Positions 19,109 to 29,439 of a stretch of 64,000 nucleotides of DNA are shown here, one piece after another; the stretch's first letter is position 1, and each line of letters starts with the position of its first letter. Location: contig CAVRVY010000004.1 of NCBI GenBank assembly GCA_963724765.1, positions 288,001 through 352,000 on the forward strand, written 5' to 3'. A program made the translations under genes and the position numbers. The notes under the pieces are model-generated. The model was not told the DNA's origin and made no database searches. It was given only the letters and a program-made list of their open reading frames with translations. The stretch is from an uncultured delta proteobacterium (GTDB lineage: Bacteria > Desulfobacterota > Binatia > Binatales > Binataceae).

Positions 19109-20629
19109 ATGAAGCTTCCTTACCGTCGGCAGTTCTCTGGCCAGATTCTCATACTGGCAGCCATATCCATGGTCCTTTTGCTCGGCTTCACCGCGCTGGC
19201 GGTGGATATGGGTTACCTCTACTCCACGCGGCGGCGCATGCAGACAGCGGCCGACGCGGCGGCCGTGGCGGGAGCTACCGCGCTTCGCGACGGAGAGGAT
19301 TACACCAAGGCCGCCGATGACGTTAGTTCATTCAACGGCTTCGTCAACTCACAGAACAATGTAGCGGTGACGGTTAGCGAACCAACGCTGCCGTCGCCGT
19401 ATCCGAGCGATGTGACCTACGTCGAGGTCGACATCTCGCAGAACGTACCGACATTTTTCCTGCGCGTGCTGGGCTACAATTCCATGAAGGTGGCCGCGCG
19501 GGCGGTGAGCGGCGCCGTAGCCGGACCGGCCTGCATATACACACTTGCCCCGAGCGGTTCCGACACCTTCAGCTTAACCGGCAATGCCAACGTCACCGCC
19601 CAGTGCGGCCTAATCGACAATTCGAGTTCCTCATCCGGGCTTTCACTTACCGGCAACATCACACTGAAGGCCACGTCGATCGGGGTGGTCGGGAGCAGCT
19701 TTTCCAAGTCCGGCAATGTCACCATCTCGCCGCAGCCGGTCGAGAATCTCGCAGCGCTATCTGACCCGCTCGCGGGACGCGCCGCGAGCGCAGCGCCCAG
19801 CGCCGGCACCTGCACTCAGCAGACCGGCGCCTCCGGAAGCGAAAGCTGGAGTGGCAATATCGGCACGCTCACGGTCCCTGCCGGAGTATACAAGGACGGC
19901 GTCAGCATCAGCGGCAACGTCACCGCGGTAACCTTCTCCGCCGGCAACTATGGAAACACTGTCGACTTCAACGGCAACGGCGGCAACCTGACTTTCAATC
20001 CTGGCCAGTACCAGAATGGTGGCAGTGGCAACAGCATCACGCTGAGTGGAAATACCGCGACCACCTTCAATGCCGGAACGTACACGTTCTGCGGCGCGGT
20101 CGATATCACCGGCAACAGTAGTGTCACCCTGCAGCCGGGCACGTATTTTGGTGGAATCAGCATAACCGGCAACGCCAACGTGACCTTCAGTCCCGGCACC
20201 TATATCCTGGCGGGCGGCGGACTGACGGTTACCGGCAACTCCGCCTTGAAGGGAACCGGGGTCACCTTCTACAACACGAGCGCGACCGGCTATGCATACG
20301 CGCCGATCGATTTGACCGGCAATGAAACCGCAAATCTGAGTGCTCCCACCTCGGGGACCTTCGAGGGCTTCCTCTTCTTCCAGGATCCGTCGATCCCGGT
20401 CGGCTCATCCGGCATCACCGTAGTTGGCAACTCGTCGTCGACTTTCGATGGCATCGTCTACTCGCCCACCACCGCGATCACATACGTCGGCAACTCCAGC
20501 GGCTCCGGCTATACGATTCTGATCGGATATACCATCTCGGTGACCGGCAACTCTTCGTTTACCATCGGTAACAACTATTCTTCGCTGGCCGACGGCGCAC
20601 CGATAAAGTCGAGCGCACTCTATGAATAG
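19109..20629 (+). CDS. TadG-like pilus-associated protein with Gly/Asn beta-solenoid C-terminus
   Basis: GQ.LIL…LAVDMG…QTAADAAAVAGA Tad N-terminal motif; repeated (I/L)TGN. Confidence 0.85.
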   Translation: MKLPYRRQFSGQILILAAISMVLLLGFTALAVDMGYLYSTRRRMQTAADAAAVAGATALRDGEDYTKAADDVSSFNGFVNSQNNVAVTVSEPTLPSPYPSDVTYVEVDISQNVPTFFLRVLGYNSMKVAARAVSGAVAGPACIYTLAPSGSDTFSLTGNANVTAQCGLIDNSSSSSGLSLTGNITLKATSIGVVGSSFSKSGNVTISPQPVENLAALSDPLAGRAASAAPSAGTCTQQTGASGSESWSGNIGTLTVPAGVYKDGVSISGNVTAVTFSAGNYGNTVDFNGNGGNLTFNPGQYQNGGSGNSITLSGNTATTFNAGTYTFCGAVDITGNSSVTLQPGTYFGGISITGNANVTFSPGTYILAGGGLTVTGNSALKGTGVTFYNTSATGYAYAPIDLTGNETANLSAPTSGTFEGFLFFQDPSIPVGSSGITVVGNSSSTFDGIVYSPTTAITYVGNSSGSGYTILIGYTISVTGNSSFTIGNNYSSLADGAPIKSSALYE

Positions 20630-21107
20630 CCATCGCTCGAACGCCAAGACGCCTGTGCCGGGACGGCGGCGCTTTTGGGCCGCGCGTGGCCAGAGCTATG
20701 TCGAACTGGCTTTCGCGCTGCCTGTGCTCGCGCTCATTCTGGTGGTGGCAGCCGACTTCGGACGGCTCTTCTACGCCTATCTCGAGGTGATCAATGCCGC
20801 GCGGGCGGCGGCACAGTACGGATCGAATAGCGTCATCACCGCCGCCGACTCAACCGGGATGGTCGCGGCGGCCAAGCAGGACGGTATTAATGTTGCCAAT
20901 CTGACGGTCACCGCCAGCCAGTGCACGTGTGGAACCGCGACCGCATCCGTTCCCGCCTGTTCGTCGAATTACTGCACCAATGACCCGCAGGGGAACTATG
21001 TTGTGGTCAATACACAGGCTCTCTTCAACACCCTGGTAAAATACCCTGGGGTTCCTTCCTCGGTCACGCTGAAAAGCCAGGCCGTGATGCAGGTTCAACA
21101 ACAATGA
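20622..21107 (+). CDS. TadE/TadG-family pseudopilin
   Basis: RGQSYVELAFALPV…DFGR…NAARAAAQY. Confidence 0.88.
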   Translation: MNSHRSNAKTPVPGRRRFWAARGQSYVELAFALPVLALILVVAADFGRLFYAYLEVINAARAAAQYGSNSVITAADSTGMVAAAKQDGINVANLTVTASQCTCGTATASVPACSSNYCTNDPQGNYVVVNTQALFNTLVKYPGVPSSVTLKSQAVMQVQQQ

Positions 21108-21538
21108 AGCGACCGTTCATCTCTGCGCTGGCGAAGCATTCTTCAGGCGCGACGGCGGTGGAGTTTGCGTTAGGCAGCACGATCTTTCTCCTGCTGACGT
21201 TCGCGACCATCGAGTTGGCGATGGTGGTGTATTCGTACAACACCATCAGCCATGCCGCCCGCGAATGCGTGCGCTATGCGATCGTACATTCGCCGACCGG
21301 CCCGAATCCCGCGACCACCTCGCAGATCAAGAGCATCACGGTTGCTTATGCTGATCTGCCGGCGCCAAACCAGCTATTACCCGGTGATGTCGCGGTAACC
21401 TGGCCGGCCGATCCCAATCTGCCCTCCTCCGACGATGCGCAATGCACCGTCTCCCTGAATTACAGTCTGCGAATACCTTTTCTGCCGTCCAAGACCCTGC
21501 CCCTGACCGCGACCGCGCGGATGCTCGTTTCCCAGTAG
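21104..21538 (+). CDS. TadE-family pseudopilin
   Basis: SGATAVEFAL…AARECVRYA. Confidence 0.88.
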   Translation: MKRPFISALAKHSSGATAVEFALGSTIFLLLTFATIELAMVVYSYNTISHAARECVRYAIVHSPTGPNPATTSQIKSITVAYADLPAPNQLLPGDVAVTWPADPNLPSSDDAQCTVSLNYSLRIPFLPSKTLPLTATARMLVSQ

Positions 21539-21548
21539 GGGAGCAGGT

Positions 21549-22133
21549 GTGATGGCTAATCGACGGTTCACCCAACTATCGCCTCGCTGGCGAATGACGC
21601 TGGTTGTGCTTACCCTGATCGTTTTACCGGCCGAATTGCTAGTGCATGGTATTCTGGCCAAGGAATATTATTACCTCAACATCAAGAACCTTCAGCTTGT
21701 GGCTCTTGCGTCGGTAAAGATGGGAGCCCAATATCTGCCGACGGATCCGCGTGCTGCGGTATGGGTCGCAGATGCATATGCGCAGAGTCAAGGAATCGCG
21801 CCGGCCGAGATCGTCTTCACGAGACCCTCTTCTAATAACAGCGAGCTGACAATCAGGTTTGACTGCAAGATTCCTCGATACCTCGCGGTGCTCGCGATGG
21901 GAGGGCTGCCGGCGCGAGATATCAGCGTGACGGCCTCGGCATGGCGGCAAGGCGCACGAGACTCTTTGCGCACTCAGATCCTTGATGTTCCGGGTCGATC
22001 CGCCCATCGCGAGTGTTTGTTGCTCCAAGGCATCCCACGCGCGCGAAAGGTATTATTGTTCGGCATTGCTGCCGTTCCGCGTGTCCGCCGACTATCTAAC
22101 CGACCTGCTCGTTCACTTCGCGAATATCAGTAG
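21549..22133 (+). CDS. Divergent TadG-N-terminal-like membrane protein
   Basis: TM helix then LQLVALASVKMGAQYLP (cf. LQ.AADAA.LAGA..LP); ISVTASA. Confidence 0.55.
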   Translation: MMANRRFTQLSPRWRMTLVVLTLIVLPAELLVHGILAKEYYYLNIKNLQLVALASVKMGAQYLPTDPRAAVWVADAYAQSQGIAPAEIVFTRPSSNNSELTIRFDCKIPRYLAVLAMGGLPARDISVTASAWRQGARDSLRTQILDVPGRSAHRECLLLQGIPRARKVLLFGIAAVPRVRRLSNRPARSLREYQ

Positions 22134-22165
22134 CCATTTGAGACTAGTGCTGCGCGGAATTGAGA

Positions 22166-24583
22166 TTACGAACCGATCGATATCTGAAACGTCCGGCTCG
22201 CCGATGCGTGACCCCGGTCAGTGACGTAGACCGTGAAGCTCGAGACCCCCGCGAAGCCCGGCGTCCCGCTGATCTCGCCGCTAAAGGTATTGAGCGCGAG
22301 TCCGCGCGGCAGCGCACCCGCACTGACGTAGACGAGATAGGGCGGCGTACCGCCGCTCAACTCCAGCGAGGCGTGATAGAAGATGCCGACGCTGCCGCCG
22401 GAAAGCGTCGCGGCGCCGATCGTCAGCGTCGGAGTGGGCGTCGCGGTCGGGACCGGTGACGGCGTGGGATTGGGTGTAGGCGAAGACGTCGGCGCCGGGG
22501 TCGGCGTTGGAGTCGGAGTCGGCGATGGTGATGGCGTTGGGCTTGACGAAGAAACCGGTGTCGGTGTGGGCGTGGGGGTGGAGGTCGGCGTCGGTGATGG
22601 CGTTGGAGTCTTCGAAGGCGTTGGAGTCGGAGTCGGGGTTGCCGTGGGCGTTGGAGCTGGGGTCGGCGACGGTGACGGCGTGGGCGTAGGCGAAGCGGTG
22701 GCGGTAGGCGTTGGCGAAGCGGTGGTGGTCGGTGTCGCCGTGGGCGTTGCACTGGGTGTAGGGCTAGGGGTCGGCGTCGCTCCTCCTCCTATAGATAGCT
22801 CGGCCCACCAGGTGCCCCAATCGTTGTCGGTCGCTGCATACTCCTGGAGCGTCCATAAGCTGAGATCGTCGATCGGATCCACCATCGTGGTGCTAAAATC
22901 GCCCCATCGATTGTCTCCGGTGCCGAAGTCCTTGAAATAAGGCGCCTGGCCCGCCTTGACCACGGTGCTTGGGGCGCGCAATGTACTGGGCGCGTCAGTA
23001 CCCATCCGCATCGAGAAGCTGGCGCCCGCGTACTGCGCCGCCGAAAACTGAGCGTACCCGACCATCGCGTCGTTTTCCGAATTGACGCCGATCGAGGGGT
23101 ACGCGAAAAACTGTTGCGCAGTCGGGTCGTCGATCCGCCCAAGCTGCTGGATTCCGCCCAAGTCGCCCGCTGTTGTGTCGATCTGCCACCACTGCACCGA
23201 GCATCGATTGGGCGTACCGCTGGCGGGCAGGAAAATGGTCTGCGCGGTCCACAGCGAGCCGTTTCGATAGGCCGTCCAATCCAACCGATCGTCGTCGGTA
23301 TCGATGTCTTCGGTCGATCCCAGTTGCGGTGCGAAGTTGATCGTAGGCTCTACCGCCTGCCACGGCTGCGGTGAAGTCGGCAAGGCGACGCCGGTAGTGA
23401 GGACCTCGGAGCCGACCGCGCCGGTGATCGTACTCATCCGCAGCAGGCCGTTGGCCGAGCTCCACGACTCCAGAAGATAGAGCGTCGTGAGATTGGGATC
23501 ATAAGTTAGCGCCGGATTCATCGAGAAACCGCCGGTATCGTCCTGCATCAATGTAAAGAGCCCGGAACCACCCGCGTAGAGGTCCGCCTTGTCGAAAGCA
23601 TAGATGTTCTCATACTCGAAGAAAGTGCCCTGGATAGTGAACAGGTTGATCCCGACCACGATCCAGTTTTTGTTGAACCCAACGATGGGAAAGTCGCCCC
23701 ATAGCTGGCCCGTAGCATCGACCGGCACACGGTAGAGATTCCAGCCCGCGGTCGGGTCACTGTTCTGCGAGACGCCAATCAGGACCGCGGAGCCTGAAGT
23801 CTGCGGGTCACCCGCGGTGATGATAATCCATCGCTGACCGTACGGATCGTATACCACTCGCGGATCGGTGATGGCGCCGACGCCCAGGCTGGACCAGAAA
23901 CTGAGCAGGCTGGCGGTGCTTATCGGCGTACCCGTGCGGGTCTGAATTTCGATCTGACTATTGAGCGCCAGGACCAGATTGTCCGGTCCCACGGCACCGT
24001 CGGCGTCGGGCGGAATCGCGGTGTTATTGTCGCCGAGTCCCGCAAACCCGCTGAGCGTTTCGTCCGTCAGGTTTTTGGCAGGCGTGAGGATCGCCGGCTT
24101 TTTCGGCTGCACCAGCGGCACTTCAACGAGGGCCGGAGTCGCAACAAATGGATTGCCTTGCGGGCGTACGCCGAGATGACGGCGCGCCGGCATAAGGATA
24201 CCGCGCGCTTCGTCACGGGCGAGCGCCCTGAAGTTTATCGTGACATGAACGGAAGCGTGGTCGGAGCGTCCGGCGATCCGTCGCGCGACGGGAAACGCCT
24301 GGCGTGACGCAACCGCTCCCGAAGCGGCAGCCGCTCCTGAGGTGACAGGAGCCGCGGAATATGCGTTGGAATTGCCACCAGGAGTACTCTCGGCGCTGGG
24401 CTCGTTTGCAGCGGGGGTGTTTGCTGAGCTTGCCGTCGTGCCCGTCGCGAGACTTGTCTCAAAATTTCTCTCGAGACTTGCCGCGGCCCATGGCCGGGCG
24501 ACAACGAGAGCCGTCCATCCCGTTATCAGCAGAACCATCAGCCGCACAACGGTCGCAGACCGCTTGCGGATAGGTTTTGTCAA
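22166..24583 (-). CDS. Secreted protein paralogous to 14905-16941, long Pro/Thr stalk and He_PIG Ig domain
   Basis: Shared motifs [40 protein letters not shown]. Confidence 0.82.
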   Translation of the reverse strand: MTKPIRKRSATVVRLMVLLITGWTALVVARPWAAASLERNFETSLATGTTASSANTPAANEPSAESTPGGNSNAYSAAPVTSGAAAASGAVASRQAFPVARRIAGRSDHASVHVTINFRALARDEARGILMPARRHLGVRPQGNPFVATPALVEVPLVQPKKPAILTPAKNLTDETLSGFAGLGDNNTAIPPDADGAVGPDNLVLALNSQIEIQTRTGTPISTASLLSFWSSLGVGAITDPRVVYDPYGQRWIIITAGDPQTSGSAVLIGVSQNSDPTAGWNLYRVPVDATGQLWGDFPIVGFNKNWIVVGINLFTIQGTFFEYENIYAFDKADLYAGGSGLFTLMQDDTGGFSMNPALTYDPNLTTLYLLESWSSANGLLRMSTITGAVGSEVLTTGVALPTSPQPWQAVEPTINFAPQLGSTEDIDTDDDRLDWTAYRNGSLWTAQTIFLPASGTPNRCSVQWWQIDTTAGDLGGIQQLGRIDDPTAQQFFAYPSIGVNSENDAMVGYAQFSAAQYAGASFSMRMGTDAPSTLRAPSTVVKAGQAPYFKDFGTGDNRWGDFSTTMVDPIDDLSLWTLQEYAATDNDWGTWWAELSIGGGATPTPSPTPSATPTATPTTTASPTPTATASPTPTPSPSPTPAPTPTATPTPTPTPSKTPTPSPTPTSTPTPTPTPVSSSSPTPSPSPTPTPTPTPAPTSSPTPNPTPSPVPTATPTPTLTIGAATLSGGSVGIFYHASLELSGGTPPYLVYVSAGALPRGLALNTFSGEISGTPGFAGVSSFTVYVTDRGHASASRTFQISIGS

Positions 24584-24781
24584 ACGCCGCCCGCGCCCTT
24601 TGGCTCTCGTTGCCGCCTTGGCTCAACAGGGTCGGAGTTTTTCGATCGGTCGTCTCCCCTTGCGGTCGGTGCGGCTCCGGCCAAGCGAAACCAAACGGTT
24701 CCGACTGTCCCCCCGCCGCCTCACCTGCGAAGCCGCGCGCAACCTCCGGCTCGATCGATAACTCCTTCCGCAGGCTTTTCG

Positions 24782-24854
24782 AGCAAAAGGCGGGCCGCTG
24801 AAAATCGCCCTTCGAGACAAGTGTTTCCGTGCCGGGGCGCCAAAAAAATGACGC
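24782..24854 (-). promoter_or_regulatory. Putative sigma54 promoter and enhancer for 22166-24583
   Basis: Minus strand CGGCCCGCCTTTTGCT (GG-N10-GC); GCGCCAAAAAAATGACGC at 24837-24854. Confidence 0.5.
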
Positions 24855-24917
24855 CCGCGCTACACGCGGGGTTGAGTTCCGGTAGTGCTTCGCTGTGAAA
24901 CGGCTGCGCGCTCGCCC

Positions 24918-26078
24918 TCAGATGCGGTTGCGATTGAGCAGGCCGCGCGCGATCACCAACGCCTGAATCTCGCTGGTCCCCTCTCCGATGATCATCAGCG
25001 GCGCATCACGGTAAAAGCGCTCGACCGGAAACTCGGCCGTGTAGCCATAGCCGCCCAGCACGCGCATCGCGTCCAGCGTTACTTTGACGCAAGCCTCCGA
25101 GGCAAACAGCTTGGCCATCCCCGCCTCGACGTCGCAGCGCTCGCCCGCGTCCTTCTTCTCGGCCGCGCTCTGCACCATCAGCCGCGCCGCCTCGACTCGC
25201 GTCCCCATATCGGCCAGCAGCAGTTGCACCGCCTGATGCTCGCAGATCGGTTTGCCAAAAGTGGTGCGCTGCTGTGAGTAGCGGATCGCGTTCTCGAACG
25301 CCGCCTGCCCGACTCCGACCGCGCGCGCGGCAACGTTGATCCGCCCGACCTCGAGCGCGCTCATCACCTGCTTGAAGCCCTGTCCCTCCTGGCCGCCGAT
25401 AAGATTGCCGGCCGGGACCTCGAGCTCCTCGAACAGCACCTCGCAGGTGTCGACTCCCTTGTAGCCGAGCTTCTTGATGTTGCGGCTGACGGTCGGCCCG
25501 TGCTCGTTTTTCTCCACCGCGAACATGCTGATCCCGGCGTAAGCCGGCTTAGCCTTGGGATCGGTCTTGGCTGCGACCGCCAGCATCGTGCCGTGGCGGG
25601 CGTTGGTGATGAACATCTTGCTGCCCTTGAGCACGTAGTTGTCGCCGTGGCGGACCGCCGTGGTGCGGATCGATTGCACGTCGCTGCCGGCGTGCGGCTC
25701 GGTGAGCGCCAGGCCGCCGCGTTTCTCACCGGCCGCCATCGCAGGCAAAAAGCGCTTGCGCTGCTCGTCGGTGCCGTGATGCGTGATGACGTAGGCCATG
25801 ATGAGATGGCTGTTGATCACGCCCGCCAGGCTCATCCAGCCGCGCGACAGCTCCGTCATCAGCCGCGCATAACTGACGAAGCTCAGTCCCAAGCCGCCAT
25901 GCTCGACCGGGATGGTCGCGCCGAACAGCCCCAGCTCGCGCATCGTGGCAACCAGCGCGTGCGGGTATTCGTCGGCATGCTCCAGCTCGGAGGCGACCGG
26001 GATGACGTCGCGCTCGACAAAGCGGCGCACTGCCTCGATTACGTCGTAATCCATCGTCTCTGCCATCTCGTGTGCCAT
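24918..26078 (-). CDS. Acyl-CoA dehydrogenase
   Basis: LTEPHAGSD, GSKMFIT, GGYGY, IGEGTSEIQ. Confidence 0.95.
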   Translation of the reverse strand: MAHEMAETMDYDVIEAVRRFVERDVIPVASELEHADEYPHALVATMRELGLFGATIPVEHGGLGLSFVSYARLMTELSRGWMSLAGVINSHLIMAYVITHHGTDEQRKRFLPAMAAGEKRGGLALTEPHAGSDVQSIRTTAVRHGDNYVLKGSKMFITNARHGTMLAVAAKTDPKAKPAYAGISMFAVEKNEHGPTVSRNIKKLGYKGVDTCEVLFEELEVPAGNLIGGQEGQGFKQVMSALEVGRINVAARAVGVGQAAFENAIRYSQQRTTFGKPICEHQAVQLLLADMGTRVEAARLMVQSAAEKKDAGERCDVEAGMAKLFASEACVKVTLDAMRVLGGYGYTAEFPVERFYRDAPLMIIGEGTSEIQALVIARGLLNRNRI

Positions 26079-26502
26079 CTCGCAGTTCCTTTCAACGATC
26101 CAACAAATTGATAAAAATCAGCGGGCGCCGGACGCCCGTGCGGCGAGAGACTAACAGAACGAATCAGTGGGCTGCCAACCGGGAGGGAAAGCCTCCGAAA
26201 ATCTGGTCCGCAGGATCAGCAAGCCGTCAGCGGGCCGTCAGTGGGCTGTCAAAGGGGCTTGCGAAGCGTCAGAAACCTGGCCGGAGCGACGAGGATTTGG
26301 CGGCCAGTGCGGTCGGAGGCGCCGCCGACCTTGTAACTCCAGCGCTGGCGACGACCGCGGCGAGCAGGTGCGTGCGCAATAACGCGCGATCAGAACCCAG
26401 CTCGGTCTGGACTGAAGCTCCCCGGCCTTCGCATGCGTCCACATGCGTCGGCGAGCTACCGACTCCATCGCCCTTGCAAGCGCGGTCGGCGTGTTGATAG
26501 AC

Positions 26503-26523
26503 TAAATGTCAAATTGACGCAAA
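26503..26523 (+). promoter_or_regulatory. Putative NrtR operator upstream of nadA
   Basis: TAAATGTCAAATTGACGCAAA (GT-N7-AC core) just after TTGCAA/TAGACT promoter boxes. Confidence 0.65.
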
Positions 26524-26539
26524 CTATGGGAACTCTCAG

Positions 26540-27562
26540 ATGACGCTTGAAGTGCAATCCTCGACCGTAACCGCCGCCGCCGCGCGGCTCCATCACAAGC
26601 TCGCCGCCCTCGGACAAGACGGCTACGACCAGGTGGCGTGCGAGCGCTACGCCGTGCAGATCGACGAGATCAACCGGCTCAAGGCCGAGCGCAGCGCGGT
26701 CGTGCTCGCGCACAACTACCAGCGCCCGGAGATCTTCGAGGTCGCCGACTTTATCGGCGACTCGCTGGAACTCGCGTACAAGGCGCGCGAGGTCCGCGAC
26801 GCAGGAATCATCGTGTTTTGCGGCGTCCATTTCATGGCCGAGACCGCCAAGGTTTTCAACCCGGATCGAATGGTGCTGCTGCCGGACATGCGGGCCGGAT
26901 GCTCGCTGGCGGAGAGCATCACGGCTGAGGCGCTGGCCGAGCGCAAGGCCGAGTTACGTGAAATCTATCCCGACCTCAAAGTCGTCTCCTACGTCAACTG
27001 CACGGCCGACGTTAAGGCCGAATCCGACGCCTGCTGCACGTCGGCCAACGCGCTCAAGGTGGTCGAGGCGATCGACTCCCGTCACGTGTTGTTCGTCCCC
27101 GACCAGAATCTCGCCAACTACGTGCAGAGCCAGACCAGCAAGCAGATCATCTCATGGGACGGCAACTGCTACGTACATCATCAGATAACCGCCGAGGAGG
27201 TAGACCGGGTCAAGCGCGCGATTCCCGGAATCAGGGTGCTGGCCCATCCTGAATGCCGCACCGACGTGCTGCGGCTGGCCGACGCGGTGCTCTCGACCAG
27301 CGCGATGGTGCGCTATGCCGAGAACAGCGAAGCCGATAAGTTCCTGGTGGTGACGGAGTGCGGGCTTTCGGACCGGTTGCTGATGGAGATTCCCAACAAG
27401 CACTTTTACAAGGCGTGCAAGCTCTGCCGTTATATGAAAATGATAACGCTCGGCGGTACGCTCGATTCGCTGCGCAACCTGCGCTTCGAGATTGAACTGC
27501 CCGAAGAGGTGCGCGAAGGTGCGCGCCGCGCGCTGGAGCGAATGCTCGAGCTGGGCGCGTAG
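26540..27562 (+). CDS. nadA: Quinolinate synthase A
   Basis: LAHNYQ, GDSLEL, CGVHFMAETAK, AGCSLA, CTSANA, HPEC. Confidence 0.97.
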   Translation: MTLEVQSSTVTAAAARLHHKLAALGQDGYDQVACERYAVQIDEINRLKAERSAVVLAHNYQRPEIFEVADFIGDSLELAYKAREVRDAGIIVFCGVHFMAETAKVFNPDRMVLLPDMRAGCSLAESITAEALAERKAELREIYPDLKVVSYVNCTADVKAESDACCTSANALKVVEAIDSRHVLFVPDQNLANYVQSQTSKQIISWDGNCYVHHQITAEEVDRVKRAIPGIRVLAHPECRTDVLRLADAVLSTSAMVRYAENSEADKFLVVTECGLSDRLLMEIPNKHFYKACKLCRYMKMITLGGTLDSLRNLRFEIELPEEVREGARRALERMLELGA

Positions 27563-27585
27563 CCAGCCGCGGCTACTGACCTGTC

Positions 27586-27636
27586 CTGCTCGAGCAGCGT
27601 CATCTTCGCGTCTTTCAGTTTGGAGGTATCGAGGCC
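27586..27636 (-). pseudogene. Remnant of AAA-ATPase/adenylate cyclase-TPR C-terminal tail
   Basis: GLDTSKLKDAKMTLLEQ resembles the GFDTADLKDAKALLEEL tail. Confidence 0.5.
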
Positions 27637-27714
27637 AGCCCGTTGGACTGCGAAATCGGGCTCGAACTTAGCGTTTGCCAAACCTGGCGCCGGTGGAAGT
27701 CTGAATCAGAATTT

Positions 27715-29178
27715 ATGAAAATCCCGATAAAAAGAAAGTGTAACGCGGGGGTCGCGAGCAGGCGGACATCGGTCGCGCTGAGCATAGTTTTACTATCGGG
27801 TTTACTTTCGGCGTTAGGTCTGAGCGGCGTCGCGGCTGCGCAGGACCTCCCGACGCGGGCGGACTACACCGCGTGGCTGGCCAAATATGCCCAGGCCGCG
27901 CCATCCTTCAAGCCTGGCGACGTCCTGACCCGCAAAGACCTCGAACGGATGCGTCCGTTCGTGCCGCCCGGATACCTCGAGCAGCTCGACTTCCCCGACG
28001 TTCGGATGGAAATCGGCGCCCCGCAAGATCACACGCCGCGCATGGACTTCATGGAGTGCACGGAAAAGTACTCGGACCAGGTGCGGCTCGGCGCTGCCGG
28101 CGACCTGCAGAACTACATCTGCGGCCAGCCTTTTCTGGGCGACGCGATCGTGCCGTCGGACCCGCAGGCGGGAATCGAAACGGCGTGGAATTTTGAATAC
28201 CGTTGGCAGAACTTTGGCTTCGCGGCGTACAGCGTGCCGTGGATCTGGGTGAAGTTTGGCGGCTCTCACTCGCCGGTTGAGATCGAAAAGCCGCCGGTAA
28301 ACTGGAACACCACCGGTTTCAACGCTCCGCTGCCCACCACTGCCGAAACCGCGACGATGTTCGCGGGTGGCGGGACTTTCCAGCGGATGCTGCAGTCCAC
28401 TTTTCAACGGGTCTATTTCAACCACCTGGCGGCGCTGATGAACGCGCACGGGGTGCTCCCCGTGCCGGACGCCAGTCAGTTCGAGTTCAAGGATTTCCTC
28501 GGCTTCTTCGATCCCTTCGATATACGCGGCGCGGCGTTCATCATTTACCGCTACAACGACCCGTTGCGCGCTGACGACGCCTGGGGCTATCTCCCCAACC
28601 TCAGGAACGTCCGCCGCATATCGGTCGAGATCAAGTCAGACTCGGTTCTGGGCACCGACCTGACGTTGGAGGATTTCTTCGGCTTCTCCGGCCGCGTTCT
28701 GGAGTGGCATTGGAAGTTCCTGGGCTGGAAGGATGTGCTGGCGGTCATGAATTCGAAGTACGACGACGCGCACTATTTCGGACCCAACGGAACCATCCCC
28801 AACGATCGCTGGACCGTGCGCAGATTCGCGGTAGTCGAACGCACACCGATAAGGAGCGGGCATCCCTATAGCAGCGCGATCGAATTCCTGGACGCTCAGA
28901 ACTGGGATGCCTCCTACCTGGTCGCCTTCGACCACACGCAGCACCTCTGGAAGATCTTTCAGTTCACCGACGTATGGAGCGAGGATCTCAAGGCGCCAGC
29001 CTTGCAGAAGATCAACGCAGGCATTCACGCCAGTCACCTTCAAGGCACGGTGGCCCTGGATTTGCGGAATCGACGCGCCACTCTGTTTTCGACCTACGGA
29101 GGAGGCTTTCCCGAAGTTACAGCAGAGCATGTGAACTCAATCTTCGATCCCAACTCACTGGAGCAAAGCCACCGCTGA
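27715..29178 (+). CDS. DUF1329-family secreted protein
   Basis: Signal peptide; AWNF.YR, DDAWGYLPNLRNVRRIS, TDLTLEDF.GFSG, HPYS. Confidence 0.8.
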   Translation: MKIPIKRKCNAGVASRRTSVALSIVLLSGLLSALGLSGVAAAQDLPTRADYTAWLAKYAQAAPSFKPGDVLTRKDLERMRPFVPPGYLEQLDFPDVRMEIGAPQDHTPRMDFMECTEKYSDQVRLGAAGDLQNYICGQPFLGDAIVPSDPQAGIETAWNFEYRWQNFGFAAYSVPWIWVKFGGSHSPVEIEKPPVNWNTTGFNAPLPTTAETATMFAGGGTFQRMLQSTFQRVYFNHLAALMNAHGVLPVPDASQFEFKDFLGFFDPFDIRGAAFIIYRYNDPLRADDAWGYLPNLRNVRRISVEIKSDSVLGTDLTLEDFFGFSGRVLEWHWKFLGWKDVLAVMNSKYDDAHYFGPNGTIPNDRWTVRRFAVVERTPIRSGHPYSSAIEFLDAQNWDASYLVAFDHTQHLWKIFQFTDVWSEDLKAPALQKINAGIHASHLQGTVALDLRNRRATLFSTYGGGFPEVTAEHVNSIFDPNSLEQSHR

Positions 29179-29235
29179 TTGGCTGCGGCTGATCTGTGGC
29201 CGAGACCTGACAGATCGCCCAAGCTCGGCCGAGCC

Positions 29236-29313
29236 TGGCGTGTCGAAGCCTTCCGTGAACCAGCCGTAATCGGAGCGAGCATCGCCCGCGTTTCGGCGCG
29301 GCGTAGCCTGCTC
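29236..29313 (-). pseudogene. Frameshifted remnant of AAA-ATPase/adenylate cyclase-TPR C-terminus
   Basis: RRAETRAMLAPI / YGWFTEGFDTP across a frameshift. Confidence 0.65.
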
Positions 29314-29439
29314 TGAGGCTACGCCGGAGGGATCCATCGCTTTGAATTCGGAGCGACTTTCTCGCTATGCTCGCATCGACGGTCCCGTTGAGCAGCTCCA
29401 CGCAGCCGCTTGTAACTACGTGACAAACGGGGAGGGACA

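Noticed and set aside
26100-26500. Small ORFs or ncRNA between acyl-CoA dehydrogenase and nadA
   Set aside because: No recognisable motif, tRNA fold or convincing RBS
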